NCBI GenBank assembly: GCA_963769665.1
Contig: CAVYMQ010000002.1
Coordinates: 42,478-106,477, forward strand
Direction: 5' to 3'
Length of the DNA stretch: 64,000 nt
Source of the DNA: an uncultured Actinomycetes bacterium
GTDB lineage: Bacteria > Actinomycetota > Thermoleophilia > Gaiellales > Gaiellaceae
The notes beneath the pieces are model-generated. The model had not been told where the DNA came from, made no database searches, and saw only the letters and a program-made list of their open reading frames with translations. Positions 33,360-42,015 of the stretch are shown piece by piece (within the stretch, counting starts at the first letter, position 1; every line of letters begins with the position of its first letter). The translations under genes and the position numbers were made by a program.

Positions 33360-35117
33360 GTGGCGGCGTTCGCGGCGTCGGCTGGTCCCGGCTCGCAGTC
33401 GGCGTCGGCAACCCACGACTGCGGGCTCCCTCACACGACGCCGGTCTGGATCGAGTTCGGCCAGGGCTCGGTTCCGCCCGAAGTGCGCGCCGTCTTTGCG
33501 CGACCAGGCGTGGTCCTCGCGGCCAGCGGCACGGCGCTGCCCGCGCAATACCGGGCGAGTGGTGCAGCGACCACCTACTTCGTGCTGAACCTGCCGACGT
33601 TCGTCGGTGAGCCGGCCACGCCGGACGACCCGGCGCAGATCGCGACGAGAGCCGACACGCTTTATCAGCTCGCGGTCGCGTCGACAGCGTGCGCGACGCC
33701 GTACATCGCGTTGAACGAGTTGCTCGGCCCGAGCCTCGCGACCCCGTGGACACCCAACAACGCGCAGTACCGGGCAAACGTGCTCGCGCTGATGGAGCGG
33801 TTGGCCGCGCGAGGAGCGCGCCCGGTGCTGCTCGTGCACGGCGATCCGAACGTGGCCGGGGCTGCCGCGGCATGGTGGGCGAGTGTCGCGCGCGCAGGGT
33901 CGATCGTGTACGAGGCCTACTACGACGCGCGCAACATCAGCCGGCTCGGGCCGCTGATAGGCAATCGCCGCGTGCGGCTCGGCATGCGCAGCGTCGTCAG
34001 GCGCTTCGTCGGTGCCGGCGTGCCGCGCGAGCGCCTCGGCTTCATGCTCGGCTTTCAGGTCGCGCCGGGTGCGTTGGGCCGTGAGGGGCTCCAGCCGCGC
34101 GAGGAGTGGTTCCGCATGGTCAAGTGGCAGGCGCTCGCCGCGCAGCAGGTCGCGCGTGACGAGCAGACCCCCACGGTCTGGTCGTGGGGCTGGGGCAACT
34201 TCGGTCCGCAGAGCATCGACCCCGACAAGCCGGCCGCGGCGTGCGTCTACCTCTGGTCCCGCGACCCCGCCCTCTGTGACGGGCCCGCGGTCGCGGGCGC
34301 GGCGTTCAACGCGTCGCGGGAGGAGGGCCAGATCCTGCTACCCGCTGGGGTGCACTGCCGGTTCCCGGGCGGCACGGTGCGTGAGAGCGCCGTGGTCGCG
34401 GTACAGCGCCTGACCCAAAACCGGCACTCAGCGGTGACCGCGACGTTCGCACGAGCGGTTCTCGAACGACGCGTGCGCGTCACTGCGGCGGAGATCGTGC
34501 GTGCCGAGACCGCAGTCGTGGCGCGGGCGTTTCGCGGCTCCCGGACGGCGTACGTTCGCGCTCTGAACCGCCGACGCGCGACCCTGGCGATCGCCCGCGG
34601 CATCCTCGCCGACGAGGTCCGTCGGCAGAAGATCGTGCGCCTCGCACGCACGGCCGGCGTGGCGCCGCTCGCCTGGACGTCCGACGTGACGTCCGCCGCA
34701 GCGAATGCCGCCACTTGTGCGCGCGACGACCTCCCGGGCTACGGCGACTTCCCTCGCGCGAACGAGCTCGACGTGAACGTCGTGCCGCTTCCCTCGCTGG
34801 TCCCGTTCCTGCGTGCCGACCGCAAGCCTCCGATTGCACCGCGGGGCCTCGTCGTCACGCGCGAGGTGGGCACGACGAACGCCGCCGTGCTCGACTGGGC
34901 GGACGGGCCGGAGTCGGACCATGCGGGCTACCGCGTCTTCCGCGCCCTGGTACCCGGCGGTCCCTACACGGAGCTCACGAGGACGACGATCGTCCGCTCG
35001 ACCTTCCGGGACGCGTCCATCCCCGCCGGGGCTACGCCGTACTACATCGTCCGGGCGTTCGACGCGTCGGCGAACCGCAGCAGCAATTCGGCCGAGGCGT
35101 CGCTACAGCAACCGTAG
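33360..35117 (+). CDS. secreted protein with C-terminal fibronectin type III-like domain
   Basis: Hydrophobic leader (LVLITVVVAAFAASAGPGSQSASA spans the listed start, so the true start may lie upstream on a rare codon). The C-terminal LDWADGPESDHAGYRVFRA...YYIVRAFDASANRS is FN3-like. Confidence 0.7.
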   Translation: MAAFAASAGPGSQSASATHDCGLPHTTPVWIEFGQGSVPPEVRAVFARPGVVLAASGTALPAQYRASGAATTYFVLNLPTFVGEPATPDDPAQIATRADTLYQLAVASTACATPYIALNELLGPSLATPWTPNNAQYRANVLALMERLAARGARPVLLVHGDPNVAGAAAAWWASVARAGSIVYEAYYDARNISRLGPLIGNRRVRLGMRSVVRRFVGAGVPRERLGFMLGFQVAPGALGREGLQPREEWFRMVKWQALAAQQVARDEQTPTVWSWGWGNFGPQSIDPDKPAAACVYLWSRDPALCDGPAVAGAAFNASREEGQILLPAGVHCRFPGGTVRESAVVAVQRLTQNRHSAVTATFARAVLERRVRVTAAEIVRAETAVVARAFRGSRTAYVRALNRRRATLAIARGILADEVRRQKIVRLARTAGVAPLAWTSDVTSAAANAATCARDDLPGYGDFPRANELDVNVVPLPSLVPFLRADRKPPIAPRGLVVTREVGTTNAAVLDWADGPESDHAGYRVFRALVPGGPYTELTRTTIVRSTFRDASIPAGATPYYIVRAFDASANRSSNSAEASLQQP

Positions 35118-35130
35118 AGCCCTCTCCCTC

Positions 35131-35550
35131 CTACTTCAGCGCTGTGCTCACCTTCTCGATCGTCTCGCTCTCGGCGGTCTCGCCGCCCTCGGCAGCCTGC
35201 GCTACCGACCGTGTCACGTCGACGACGAACTGTCGGTACGAGTCCAGCTCGTCGGGAGCCTTCGACGCGAGCGTCGTCTTCGCGCTCTGCAGCGCCTCCA
35301 GCGTCTCTCGTTCCACCTTGTCGGGCGAAGTCGTGAGGCCGAACCCCGTCCCACGCGTGTCGGCGAGTTCGCGGATGAACTCACTCGCGTTGCTCTGCTT
35401 TGCCTCTGCAAGATGCTTGCCGAGCACACCCGCTTCCTTGAACGTGTCGAAGAAGCTCCGGTCGCTCAGCGAAACGAGCAGACCCGCCCCCGCCACACCC
35501 TTCTGCATCGACTCCCACTCCTGCTCCGTGAAATCGGACTTCTTGGCCAT
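35131..35550 (-). CDS. conserved hypothetical protein
   Basis: SD AAGGAGGGG before the ATG. The 139-aa product is helical with high GC3. Confidence 0.65.
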   Translation of the reverse strand: MAKKSDFTEQEWESMQKGVAGAGLLVSLSDRSFFDTFKEAGVLGKHLAEAKQSNASEFIRELADTRGTGFGLTTSPDKVERETLEALQSAKTTLASKAPDELDSYRQFVVDVTRSVAQAAEGGETAESETIEKVSTALK

Positions 35551-35587
35551 GACCCCTCCTTGTCGAAGACGGTAGAGCGTTCCCGAA

Positions 35588-35806
35588 TCAGTCGTGTTCT
35601 ACCCCGCGCGATGAGAAGGGGCGCCAGTCGTCGAAGTCCCAGTCCAGGCCCCCGCACATCGGGCACTGAAGCGGAGTCGCGCTGGTAACGGCCCCGAACC
35701 CGCATCCCACGCAACGCAGCTCGAGCCGCGCAGGTTCGCGTGGTGGGTAGGGCCTTACGGAAGCGCCTCTCAAACCCGCCGACTGCTCAGACAACCGTTC
35801 GTTCAT
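35588..35806 (-). CDS. zinc-ribbon protein (72 aa)
   Basis: ATG at 35806 lies within ORF 35588..36166. It has CVGC...18 aa...CPMC cysteine pairs. Confidence 0.55.
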   Translation of the reverse strand: MNERLSEQSAGLRGASVRPYPPREPARLELRCVGCGFGAVTSATPLQCPMCGGLDWDFDDWRPFSSRGVEHD

Positions 35807-35891
35807 CGCCACAACCTCAAGCCTCTCGTCCGTCCGTCCGGAGCGGCTGCGGAACCGGAGCACGGTTCCCCAGCCGCCCCAGCATCCGGTC

Positions 35892-36152
35892 CTAGCGATC
35901 TGGCGTGACGTCCGCGCGACCACGGTCCGGCTCGCGATGAACGACGTCGTCGCGTCGCTTCCGACCTGCCAGACCGGCAAGCCCAGCGAGACCGAGTAGC
36001 CCGATCCAGCCGTAGTCGGTCCCGTCGTCGTCGTCGGTCTCCTCAGTCGTATCGTCCTGCGCCACCCGATACACATCCGCCGACGCCCCTGGTGCCGAAG
36101 CGCCGACTCCGAGAATCGCAACCGCCAACAGTAAGGTGAGTCTGTTCCGCAT
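35892..36152 (-). CDS. small secreted acidic protein with Gly/Leu-rich C-terminal anchor
   Basis: Signal peptide MRNRLTLLLAVAILGVGASAPGASA, an acidic DDTTEETDDDDGTD stretch, then WIGLLGLAGLAGLAGRKRR. Confidence 0.6.
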   Translation of the reverse strand: MRNRLTLLLAVAILGVGASAPGASADVYRVAQDDTTEETDDDDGTDYGWIGLLGLAGLAGLAGRKRRDDVVHREPDRGRADVTPDR

Positions 36153-36231
36153 TGGTCCGCCTCCATTGGTTGAGCGTCAAGCCTTGCCCTGTTCCGCCAC
36201 GGGGGCGGTTAAACGTTTTGACGGGACAAGC

Positions 36232-36546
36232 TCACCGGAGCCATGGCGCCAGAAGCTCCTCGATCTGGCGGCAGCCGACCGGCTTCGTGACTCGTCCCCG
36301 AATGAGTCCTCCGTCCACGATGACGAGCGCCGGGGTTTCAGTCACCTCGAGCCGCATCGCGAAGTCCGCGTGCTTGTCGGCGTCGACGCGGTGGACCTGG
36401 AAGGTCGTGTGGTTGCGGCGACGCTGCAGCACCTGAGCCAGGAACCCTTCGACTCGCCTCGACTGGCCCGACCGGGGGGAGAAGAAGAAAATCAGCCCGG
36501 GCTTTTCGGCCGGCAGATCGAGTCGAGCGGCCGTCCGAGCGCTCAT
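36232..36546 (-). CDS. thioredoxin-fold protein lacking the CxxC motif
   Basis: LIFFFSPRSGQSRRVEGFL...ETPALVIV matches the thioredoxin-fold topology. SPRSGQS replaces the active-site cysteines. Confidence 0.6.
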   Translation of the reverse strand: MSARTAARLDLPAEKPGLIFFFSPRSGQSRRVEGFLAQVLQRRRNHTTFQVHRVDADKHADFAMRLEVTETPALVIVDGGLIRGRVTKPVGCRQIEELLAPWLR

Positions 36547-36926
36547 GATGTGGCCACCGCGACGTTGTCGACCGCTTCGGACAACGTGGAAGCGATGCGG
36601 AAGTGGCCGTCCAGATACCGCTCGATCCCGCGCGTGGTCACGTCGTTGTCGATGACGAGCGTGAGCGTGCCGCCGCTCAAGCGGATTCGGCGCGAATGCT
36701 GCAACAGCACGCCGAGAACGCTCGAGTGGAGAAACGGCACATCGAGCAGGTCCAGGATGAGGTGTTGAGCACCGTTGTTCTGAAGCGTCTCCAGCTCGCG
36801 GTCGACCTTAGGCGTCTGCTCGAGATCGAGGTCGCCTCTCAGGCTCACCACGGAGACGCCGTTCTCCAGCTGGGCCGACGTGAGCCTGAAGTTGACGTAG
36901 TTCACGGCGGCCAACGTACTCGGCAC
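36543..36926 (-). CDS. STAS-domain protein (anti-sigma-factor antagonist-like)
   Basis: VVSLRGDLDLEQ...HLILDLLDVPFLHSSVLGVLL fits the SpoIIAA/RsbV-like pattern. ATGA overlap with the downstream gene. Confidence 0.75.
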   Translation of the reverse strand: MPSTLAAVNYVNFRLTSAQLENGVSVVSLRGDLDLEQTPKVDRELETLQNNGAQHLILDLLDVPFLHSSVLGVLLQHSRRIRLSGGTLTLVIDNDVTTRGIERYLDGHFRIASTLSEAVDNVAVATS

Positions 36927-36963
36927 TCCGTACGCGTTCTCGCAGAGTTTCGTGTGCGTTAGC

Positions 36964-37647
36964 TCACATTGCCGTCAGCTTGTACCCCACTCCTCGCACC
37001 GTCACGACCCGCTCGGGAAGCTTCGGGTCCCGTTCGACCTTGCGCCGGAGATTCGAGATGTGGATGTCGCAGGCGCGCTGGTCGCCCACGTAGCTGCTGT
37101 CCCAGAGATGCTCCATCAGCTCGCGCCGGCTGAACACTCGTTCCGGCTGCGAGGCCATGAGGGCGAGGAGCGTGAACTCGGAGCGAGTGAGGCTACGCGG
37201 CTCACCGTCGACCGTGACTCGGTGCGCGTATGGGTCGAGTTCGAGCCCTCCCACCCGAAGCCGTCGCGAGGAGACGGTTCGGTCGAGCTCACGACGGCGC
37301 AGCAAAGCCCGGACCCGGCTCACGAGCTCTGCCATCGAGAACGGCTTCGTGACGTAGTCGTCGGCGCCCGCTTCCAGCCCCAAGACCCGGTCGCCCTCGC
37401 CACCCTTCGCGGTGAGGACGATCACCGGTAGCGGGCTCTCGCTCCGCAGGCGGCGGAGGATCTCGGTGCCCGAGAGGCTTGGGAGCATCAGGTCGAGGAC
37501 CATCAGGTCGAAGTCGCGATTCAGTGCCTGTGTGAGCGCGGTTTCCCCGTCGTCTGCGGTCTCGACCTCGTACCCCTCGCCGCGCAGCGTGTAGGCGAGT
37601 GCATCGAGGATCGCCGGCTCGTCCTCGACGACCAGGATCCTCGTCAT
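36964..37647 (-). CDS. OmpR-family response regulator
   Basis: The REC domain has ILVVEDEP, DLMLP and KPF. The winged-helix C-terminus has LTRSEFTLL...VRGVGYKL. Confidence 0.9.
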   Translation of the reverse strand: MTRILVVEDEPAILDALAYTLRGEGYEVETADDGETALTQALNRDFDLMVLDLMLPSLSGTEILRRLRSESPLPVIVLTAKGGEGDRVLGLEAGADDYVTKPFSMAELVSRVRALLRRRELDRTVSSRRLRVGGLELDPYAHRVTVDGEPRSLTRSEFTLLALMASQPERVFSRRELMEHLWDSSYVGDQRACDIHISNLRRKVERDPKLPERVVTVRGVGYKLTAM

Positions 37648-38639
37648 GTCAGCATCCTTGCGCCCGGCAATCGGATCGAGAAGCTCGTCCCCGCGGACGA
37701 GGTCTCGAGCTCGAGTTCGCCATCGATCGCCTTGACGGCCTCGGCGGCGATCGACAGTCCGAGGCCGAAGCCGTCCGTCGGAGCATCGCCCCGGTAGAAA
37801 CGGTCGAAGATGCGTTCGCGGTCGGACTCACTGATCCCGCCTCCGTTGTCGCGCACTTGGATCCGCACGGCCTGGTCGAAGCGCTTTCCGGCCAACACGA
37901 TCGGTCCGCGAGAGTGTTTGGCGGCGTTTTGACCAAGGTTGGCGAGCGCCTGCTCGAGCAGCGAGCGGTTCGCCAGGACAGCGACGTCGGCGGCGCAGTC
38001 GACGTCCACCCTTCGCCCTGGAGCAAGACCGCCGGCCACCGAGCTCAAAAGCGCGGCGACTGGAACGATCTCCTGTCGAGGGCGTTCGACGCCCGTCTGG
38101 GCGCGGGCAAGGACGAGCAAGGCTCGGGCCAGGCGGTCGAGACGGCCGCACGCTGCCTCGACGTGTGCGAGAAAGCGATCGCGGTCAGCGGCGTTGTCCT
38201 TCGCACCTGCCTGAAGCACTTGCACCGCGCTCGTGATCGCGGCGAGCGGGGTCTGCAACTCATGCGCGGCGTTCGTCACGAAGTCGCGTTCCGCCCGCTC
38301 TCGGCGCTCGCGGGCGCTGACGTCCTCGAGGGTGACGATCGTGCTGCCTCCGACCCGCGTCACGCAGCCTTCGATCTCCGCACGCGATTCGTCCGGACGC
38401 TCCAGCTCGAGGCGGATCGGGTCGGCAAGCGCCGACGACAAAAGCTTCGACACGAGGGCCGCTCCGGGCTCTGATGTGCCGGAATCGCGGAGTCCCGCCG
38501 CGAGCTCGTCGGACGAGAGCCCGAGCAGCTCTTCCGCCCGGCGGGTGACGAGTCGGAGCTCGCCCCCTGCATCGAAGATCAGTAGGCAGGCAGGGAGCTC
38601 GTACAGGACCGAGGTCGGCAACTCGCCACGCTCGGGCAT
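37644..38639 (-). CDS. sensor histidine kinase (PAS-HisKA-HATPase)
   Basis: H box HELQTPLAAI, N box NAAKHS, G1 DNGGGI and G2 GFGLGLS. I chose ATG 38639 because the longer ORF to 38807 overlaps the upstream small gene. Confidence 0.85.
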   Translation of the reverse strand: MPERGELPTSVLYELPACLLIFDAGGELRLVTRRAEELLGLSSDELAAGLRDSGTSEPGAALVSKLLSSALADPIRLELERPDESRAEIEGCVTRVGGSTIVTLEDVSARERRERAERDFVTNAAHELQTPLAAITSAVQVLQAGAKDNAADRDRFLAHVEAACGRLDRLARALLVLARAQTGVERPRQEIVPVAALLSSVAGGLAPGRRVDVDCAADVAVLANRSLLEQALANLGQNAAKHSRGPIVLAGKRFDQAVRIQVRDNGGGISESDRERIFDRFYRGDAPTDGFGLGLSIAAEAVKAIDGELELETSSAGTSFSIRLPGARMLT

Positions 38640-38646
38640 GGCGCCT

Positions 38647-38979
38647 TCAGCTCCGCGGATCTGTTTGAGCTGCCACTTTCGCAGGATCACCGGGATGCTT
38701 CCTGACGACGGCGTAGACCTCAGTCGTGGCGACGACGTCTTCGACGTCGGGGATCTCATGACCCGGCACGATCGCGAAGAGGACGGGGTCGCTCCGAAGC
38801 TCTTCATACGCGCGCGGCGCGATGGAGAACCGATCGTCGCAGGTCGCGTGCCCGCACTCGCACATGATCTCGAAGTTGTCCGTGATCGTGGCGAAGGCCT
38901 CGTTGACGCTCCGCAGCTTCTCGTTCACTTCCCGATAGACGGCTTCGTTGAGCCCGATTCTCCGCTCGCGCGCGCTCAA
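38647..38979 (-). CDS. small CEC-x4-C protein, paralog 2
   Basis: TTG at 38979 forms a TTGA overlap with the upstream stop. It has NEAVYREVNEKL...MCECGHATC...YEELRSDP...VPGH...DPRS. The rest of listed ORF 38647..39366 is out-of-phase extension. Confidence 0.65.
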   Translation of the reverse strand: MSARERRIGLNEAVYREVNEKLRSVNEAFATITDNFEIMCECGHATCDDRFSIAPRAYEELRSDPVLFAIVPGHEIPDVEDVVATTEVYAVVRKHPGDPAKVAAQTDPRS

Positions 38980-39353
38980 CCGCCACCTCCGCGTGGGTCG
39001 AGTTCCTCCACGATGTCCCCCGCGTAGCCTGTCTTCTCGACGATCTCGTAGCGACCACGGTCGGCCACGATCTCCGCCGCACCCTGTGCAGCGCGCACGT
39101 GCCCTGGGGCGATCAAGAAGTGTCGCGGGTTCCCTCGGATCTCCTCGTACTGGCCCATCGAGAGCACGAGCAGCTCCCGGCAGTTCCCATCCGCGCACTC
39201 GCAGATGAACGGAATCCGCTCGAGCACGTCGTACTTCGCGGCGGCCTCCTCGATGCCCTCGTTCGCCTCGCGGAAGAGCGCCTCGTTCCGGGCGACCCGC
39301 TCCTGGGTGACGAGGTCCGGCTGTTCCTCGTCGTCTCGCTCCCGCTGTGCCAT
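38976..39353 (-). CDS. small CEC-x4-C protein, paralog 1
   Basis: NEALFREANEGI...ICECADGNC...YEEIRGNP...APGH...LDPRG. Confidence 0.7.
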   Translation of the reverse strand: MAQRERDDEEQPDLVTQERVARNEALFREANEGIEEAAAKYDVLERIPFICECADGNCRELLVLSMGQYEEIRGNPRHFLIAPGHVRAAQGAAEIVADRGRYEIVEKTGYAGDIVEELDPRGGGG

Positions 39354-39366
39354 CGCTCAGCCGCAC

Positions 39367-39391
39367 TTACCCGTCGCACGACACTGGAAAC
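39367..39391 (-). promoter_or_regulatory. general-stress (SigB/SigF-type) promoter candidate
   Basis: The minus strand reads GTTTCC, 13 nt, then GGGTAA. The -10 element ends 13 nt before ATG 39353. Confidence 0.4.
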
Positions 39392-39499
39392 GCAGAATGA
39401 AGTGTGAGCAAACCCACGCGGTATTGAGGTTTTTACGGGCACGCGTGCGGCAAGGAGACGTCTTCCTAGCAGGCACGAAACGACGAGTGGGGGGGTCAC

Positions 39500-39988
39500 A
39501 TGACTGAAGTTGCCGACGAACGACGGCAAGACGAAGGCGTGCGCGAGCGCGCCGGCGGAGCGGTCGAGGACGCAGCCTCGGCTGCGCAGGACAAGGCGCT
39601 GGAGCTGCGCTCCAAGGGGGCGAACCAGCTTCGCGACCAACTCGACACCAGAACGACCGATGTCGGAAAGCAGGCGAAGACGGTTGCGCAGGCCTTTCGC
39701 CAGAGCGGCGAGAAGCTCCGTGGCGAGGGGAACACGCAGGCCGCAAGCGCCACCGACATGGCAGCACAGCGCGTGGAGCAGCTCGGCGAGTACCTCGAGC
39801 GCATCCAGGGCGACGAGCTACTGCGTGACGCAGAGCGTTTCGCGCGTCAGCGGCCCTGGCTTCTCGCGGGGATCGGCATGTTCGCGGGTCTCGTCGCCTC
39901 GCGGATGATGAAGGCGTCGTCGGAACAGCGCTACCAGGCGTCGAGCTCCGAGCGCGCCACTCCGACGAGCCCGGGACGGAGTGCCTGA
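39500..39988 (+). CDS. DUF883/YqjD-like membrane-anchored stress protein
   Basis: Long charged helical region, then a C-terminal RQRPWLLAGIGMFAGLVASRMMK anchor. Confidence 0.65.
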   Translation: MTEVADERRQDEGVRERAGGAVEDAASAAQDKALELRSKGANQLRDQLDTRTTDVGKQAKTVAQAFRQSGEKLRGEGNTQAASATDMAAQRVEQLGEYLERIQGDELLRDAERFARQRPWLLAGIGMFAGLVASRMMKASSEQRYQASSSERATPTSPGRSA

Positions 39989-40413
39989 TGTCGACCGACA
40001 CCGAAAGCACGCTCGGTCGGCGCGACGAGTCGCTCGGTGAGGTCGCACGTGATCTGACGCGGGACCTCTCGCTGCTCGTGCGGCAGGAGGTACAGCTCGC
40101 GAAGACCGAGATGGCCGAGAAGGGCCGGGTCGCCGCGCCGGGGGTCGGCATGATCGGAGGAGCAACGGTTGCTGCGCTCCTCGCGGGCGGTGCGTTGACG
40201 GCCGCTGCGATCCTCGCGCTCGCGATCTTCTTGCCCGAGTGGCTGGCGGCGCTGGTAGTGGGCGCCGTGCTCGCTGTCGTTGCGTATGTGCTCGTGAAGC
40301 AAGGCAAGGAGCGCGTGGCCGAGGCCGGCGCGCCGATCCCTGAACAGACCATCGAAACCGTGAAGGAGGACGTCGAATGGGCCAAGACTCGAGCCAGCTC
40401 CGCGAGGAGCTAG
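39988..40413 (+). CDS. actinobacterial holin-X (phage holin 3/6 superfamily) membrane protein
   Basis: LVRQEVQLAKTEMAEKG followed by two TM helices. ATGA-type overlap with the upstream gene. Confidence 0.65.
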   Translation: MSTDTESTLGRRDESLGEVARDLTRDLSLLVRQEVQLAKTEMAEKGRVAAPGVGMIGGATVAALLAGGALTAAAILALAIFLPEWLAALVVGAVLAVVAYVLVKQGKERVAEAGAPIPEQTIETVKEDVEWAKTRASSARS

Positions 40414-40895
40414 AGGAAACCCGCTCGCGTGTGGGCGAAGAGGTCGACGCAATCAGCTACAAGACCGACGTCGGCGCGCGCGTGGGGGACTACGTGAGCG
40501 AGAAGAAGGACGCCGTGACGTCGAAGCTGACGAAGCCGATCCCTGATCGTGCGCAGATCCGGCAGGTGCGTCGTACCGCGGAGCGGAACCCGCTCGGTCT
40601 CGCCGTCGGGGCAGCCGGCGTCGGGTTCGCGCTCGGACTTCTGCTTCCGGGGACCCGCGTCGAGAACGAGAAGCTCGGCGCTGCAGGCGACAAGGTGGGC
40701 GAGGTCGCCCGTGAGGGCTGGGAGCACGGCAAGCAAGTCGCTCAGGACACCGCACAGGGGGCGATGGAGGCGGCGAAGGACAGCTCGAGCCGCCACACCG
40801 AGGAACTCTCCTCGTCGCTTCAGGAGCGGCTGCCTGCAGGGCAGGAACAGACGGCACAGACGAAGCGGCCCAAGCGGCAGCCGAAGGCCTCGTAG
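40377..40895 (+). CDS. DUF3618 domain protein
   Basis: N-terminal SSQLREELEETRSRVGEEVDAISYK is typical of DUF3618. One central TM-like segment (PLGLAVGAAGVGFALGLLLPG). Confidence 0.65.
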   Translation: MGQDSSQLREELEETRSRVGEEVDAISYKTDVGARVGDYVSEKKDAVTSKLTKPIPDRAQIRQVRRTAERNPLGLAVGAAGVGFALGLLLPGTRVENEKLGAAGDKVGEVAREGWEHGKQVAQDTAQGAMEAAKDSSSRHTEELSSSLQERLPAGQEQTAQTKRPKRQPKAS

Positions 40896-40973
40896 ATGGG
40901 GGCACGTGTCGGGGGCCTGCGGCGCCTCCGACACGTGCTCTCAGCATCACGCAACTCCGACGAAAGGAATCAG

Positions 40974-41951
40974 ATGATTCTCCGCCTCGACCGACTGCAG
41001 GTCAGCCTGCCACCTCCATCCGAACCCGACCCGGCGGGCGCAGCCGCAGTGCAGGAGCTGCTCGGCGGGAAGTTCGGCGAGATGTCCACGTGGCTCAACT
41101 ACACGTTCCAGTCGTTCAACTTCCGGGGCCGCCAGGGTGCGCGCCCGTTCTACGACCTCGTTTCCAGCATCGCGACGGAGGAGTTCGGCCACGTCGAGCT
41201 CGTTTCGGCGACGATCAACACGATGCTCACCGGGGCGTCGCCCGTCGACGGGCGCGCGCCCGATGCAGCGCTCGCCGAGGTCAAGGGAATCGGCAACCCG
41301 CACCACTTCCTCGCCGGCGGCCAAGGCGCGCTCCCGCAGAACTCTCAGGGACGCCCCTGGAATGGCGACTTCGTGTTTTCGTCGGGCGATTTGGTCGAGG
41401 ATTTGACGCACAACTTCTTCCTCGAGACGGGCGCCCGCAACGGCAAGCTCAAGGTCTACGAGATGGTCGAGCACCCGGCCGCCCGAGCGTTGACGGGGTA
41501 CCTGCTCGTCCGCGGCGGCGTGCACCAGCTCGCTTACGCACGCGCGCTCGAACTGTTGACCGGAGCAGACCTGATGAAGCTCTTTCCCTCCCCGCGAATT
41601 CCCACGGAGAAGATCCCTGAGTGCCAGCCGCATCTCGAGCGAGGAGAGCATCTCCGGCTGTACCGCTTCTCGCAGGAGGACTTCCAGGAGGTCACGGCCG
41701 TCTTCAAGGGACCGCACCCGGAGACCGGCGAGGAACTCGAGGTCGCAGACGTCCCGCATCCGATCGGGGCGCCGGCGCACGACCTGCCTCCGCAGCCCGC
41801 CGTGTTCGCACCGGACTACGCGCCCGAGGAGATCGCGCAGATCGCGCAGAAACTGCGCAAGCAGGCGGGCCTTCCGAAGGAGCCGACGGGGCAGGTCTCC
41901 GAGGAGTCGGCCGAGCTGGTCGACACGCTGGTGGGCAAGGCTCGGTCCTAG
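40974..41951 (+). CDS. manganese catalase family protein
   Basis: ATG at 40974 lies within ORF 40896..41951. It has LLGGKFGEMSTWLNYTFQSF and ATEEFGHVELV di-metal motifs. Confidence 0.85.
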   Translation: MILRLDRLQVSLPPPSEPDPAGAAAVQELLGGKFGEMSTWLNYTFQSFNFRGRQGARPFYDLVSSIATEEFGHVELVSATINTMLTGASPVDGRAPDAALAEVKGIGNPHHFLAGGQGALPQNSQGRPWNGDFVFSSGDLVEDLTHNFFLETGARNGKLKVYEMVEHPAARALTGYLLVRGGVHQLAYARALELLTGADLMKLFPSPRIPTEKIPECQPHLERGEHLRLYRFSQEDFQEVTAVFKGPHPETGEELEVADVPHPIGAPAHDLPPQPAVFAPDYAPEEIAQIAQKLRKQAGLPKEPTGQVSEESAELVDTLVGKARS

Positions 41952-42015
41952 AGGATCACGACCCGGCGCGGCGAATGCCGCGCCGGGTCGGGCGCGGCCT
42001 CCTCGGGCGAGTGAC

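Noticed and set aside
38640-38807. N-terminal extension of the histidine-kinase ORF, and the long ORF 38647..39366.
   Set aside because: Both overlap the tandem small CEC-x4-C genes. The extensions are Ser/Arg/Pro-rich. The internal starts ATG 38639 and TTG 38979 give tidy 7-nt spacing and a 4-nt overlap.
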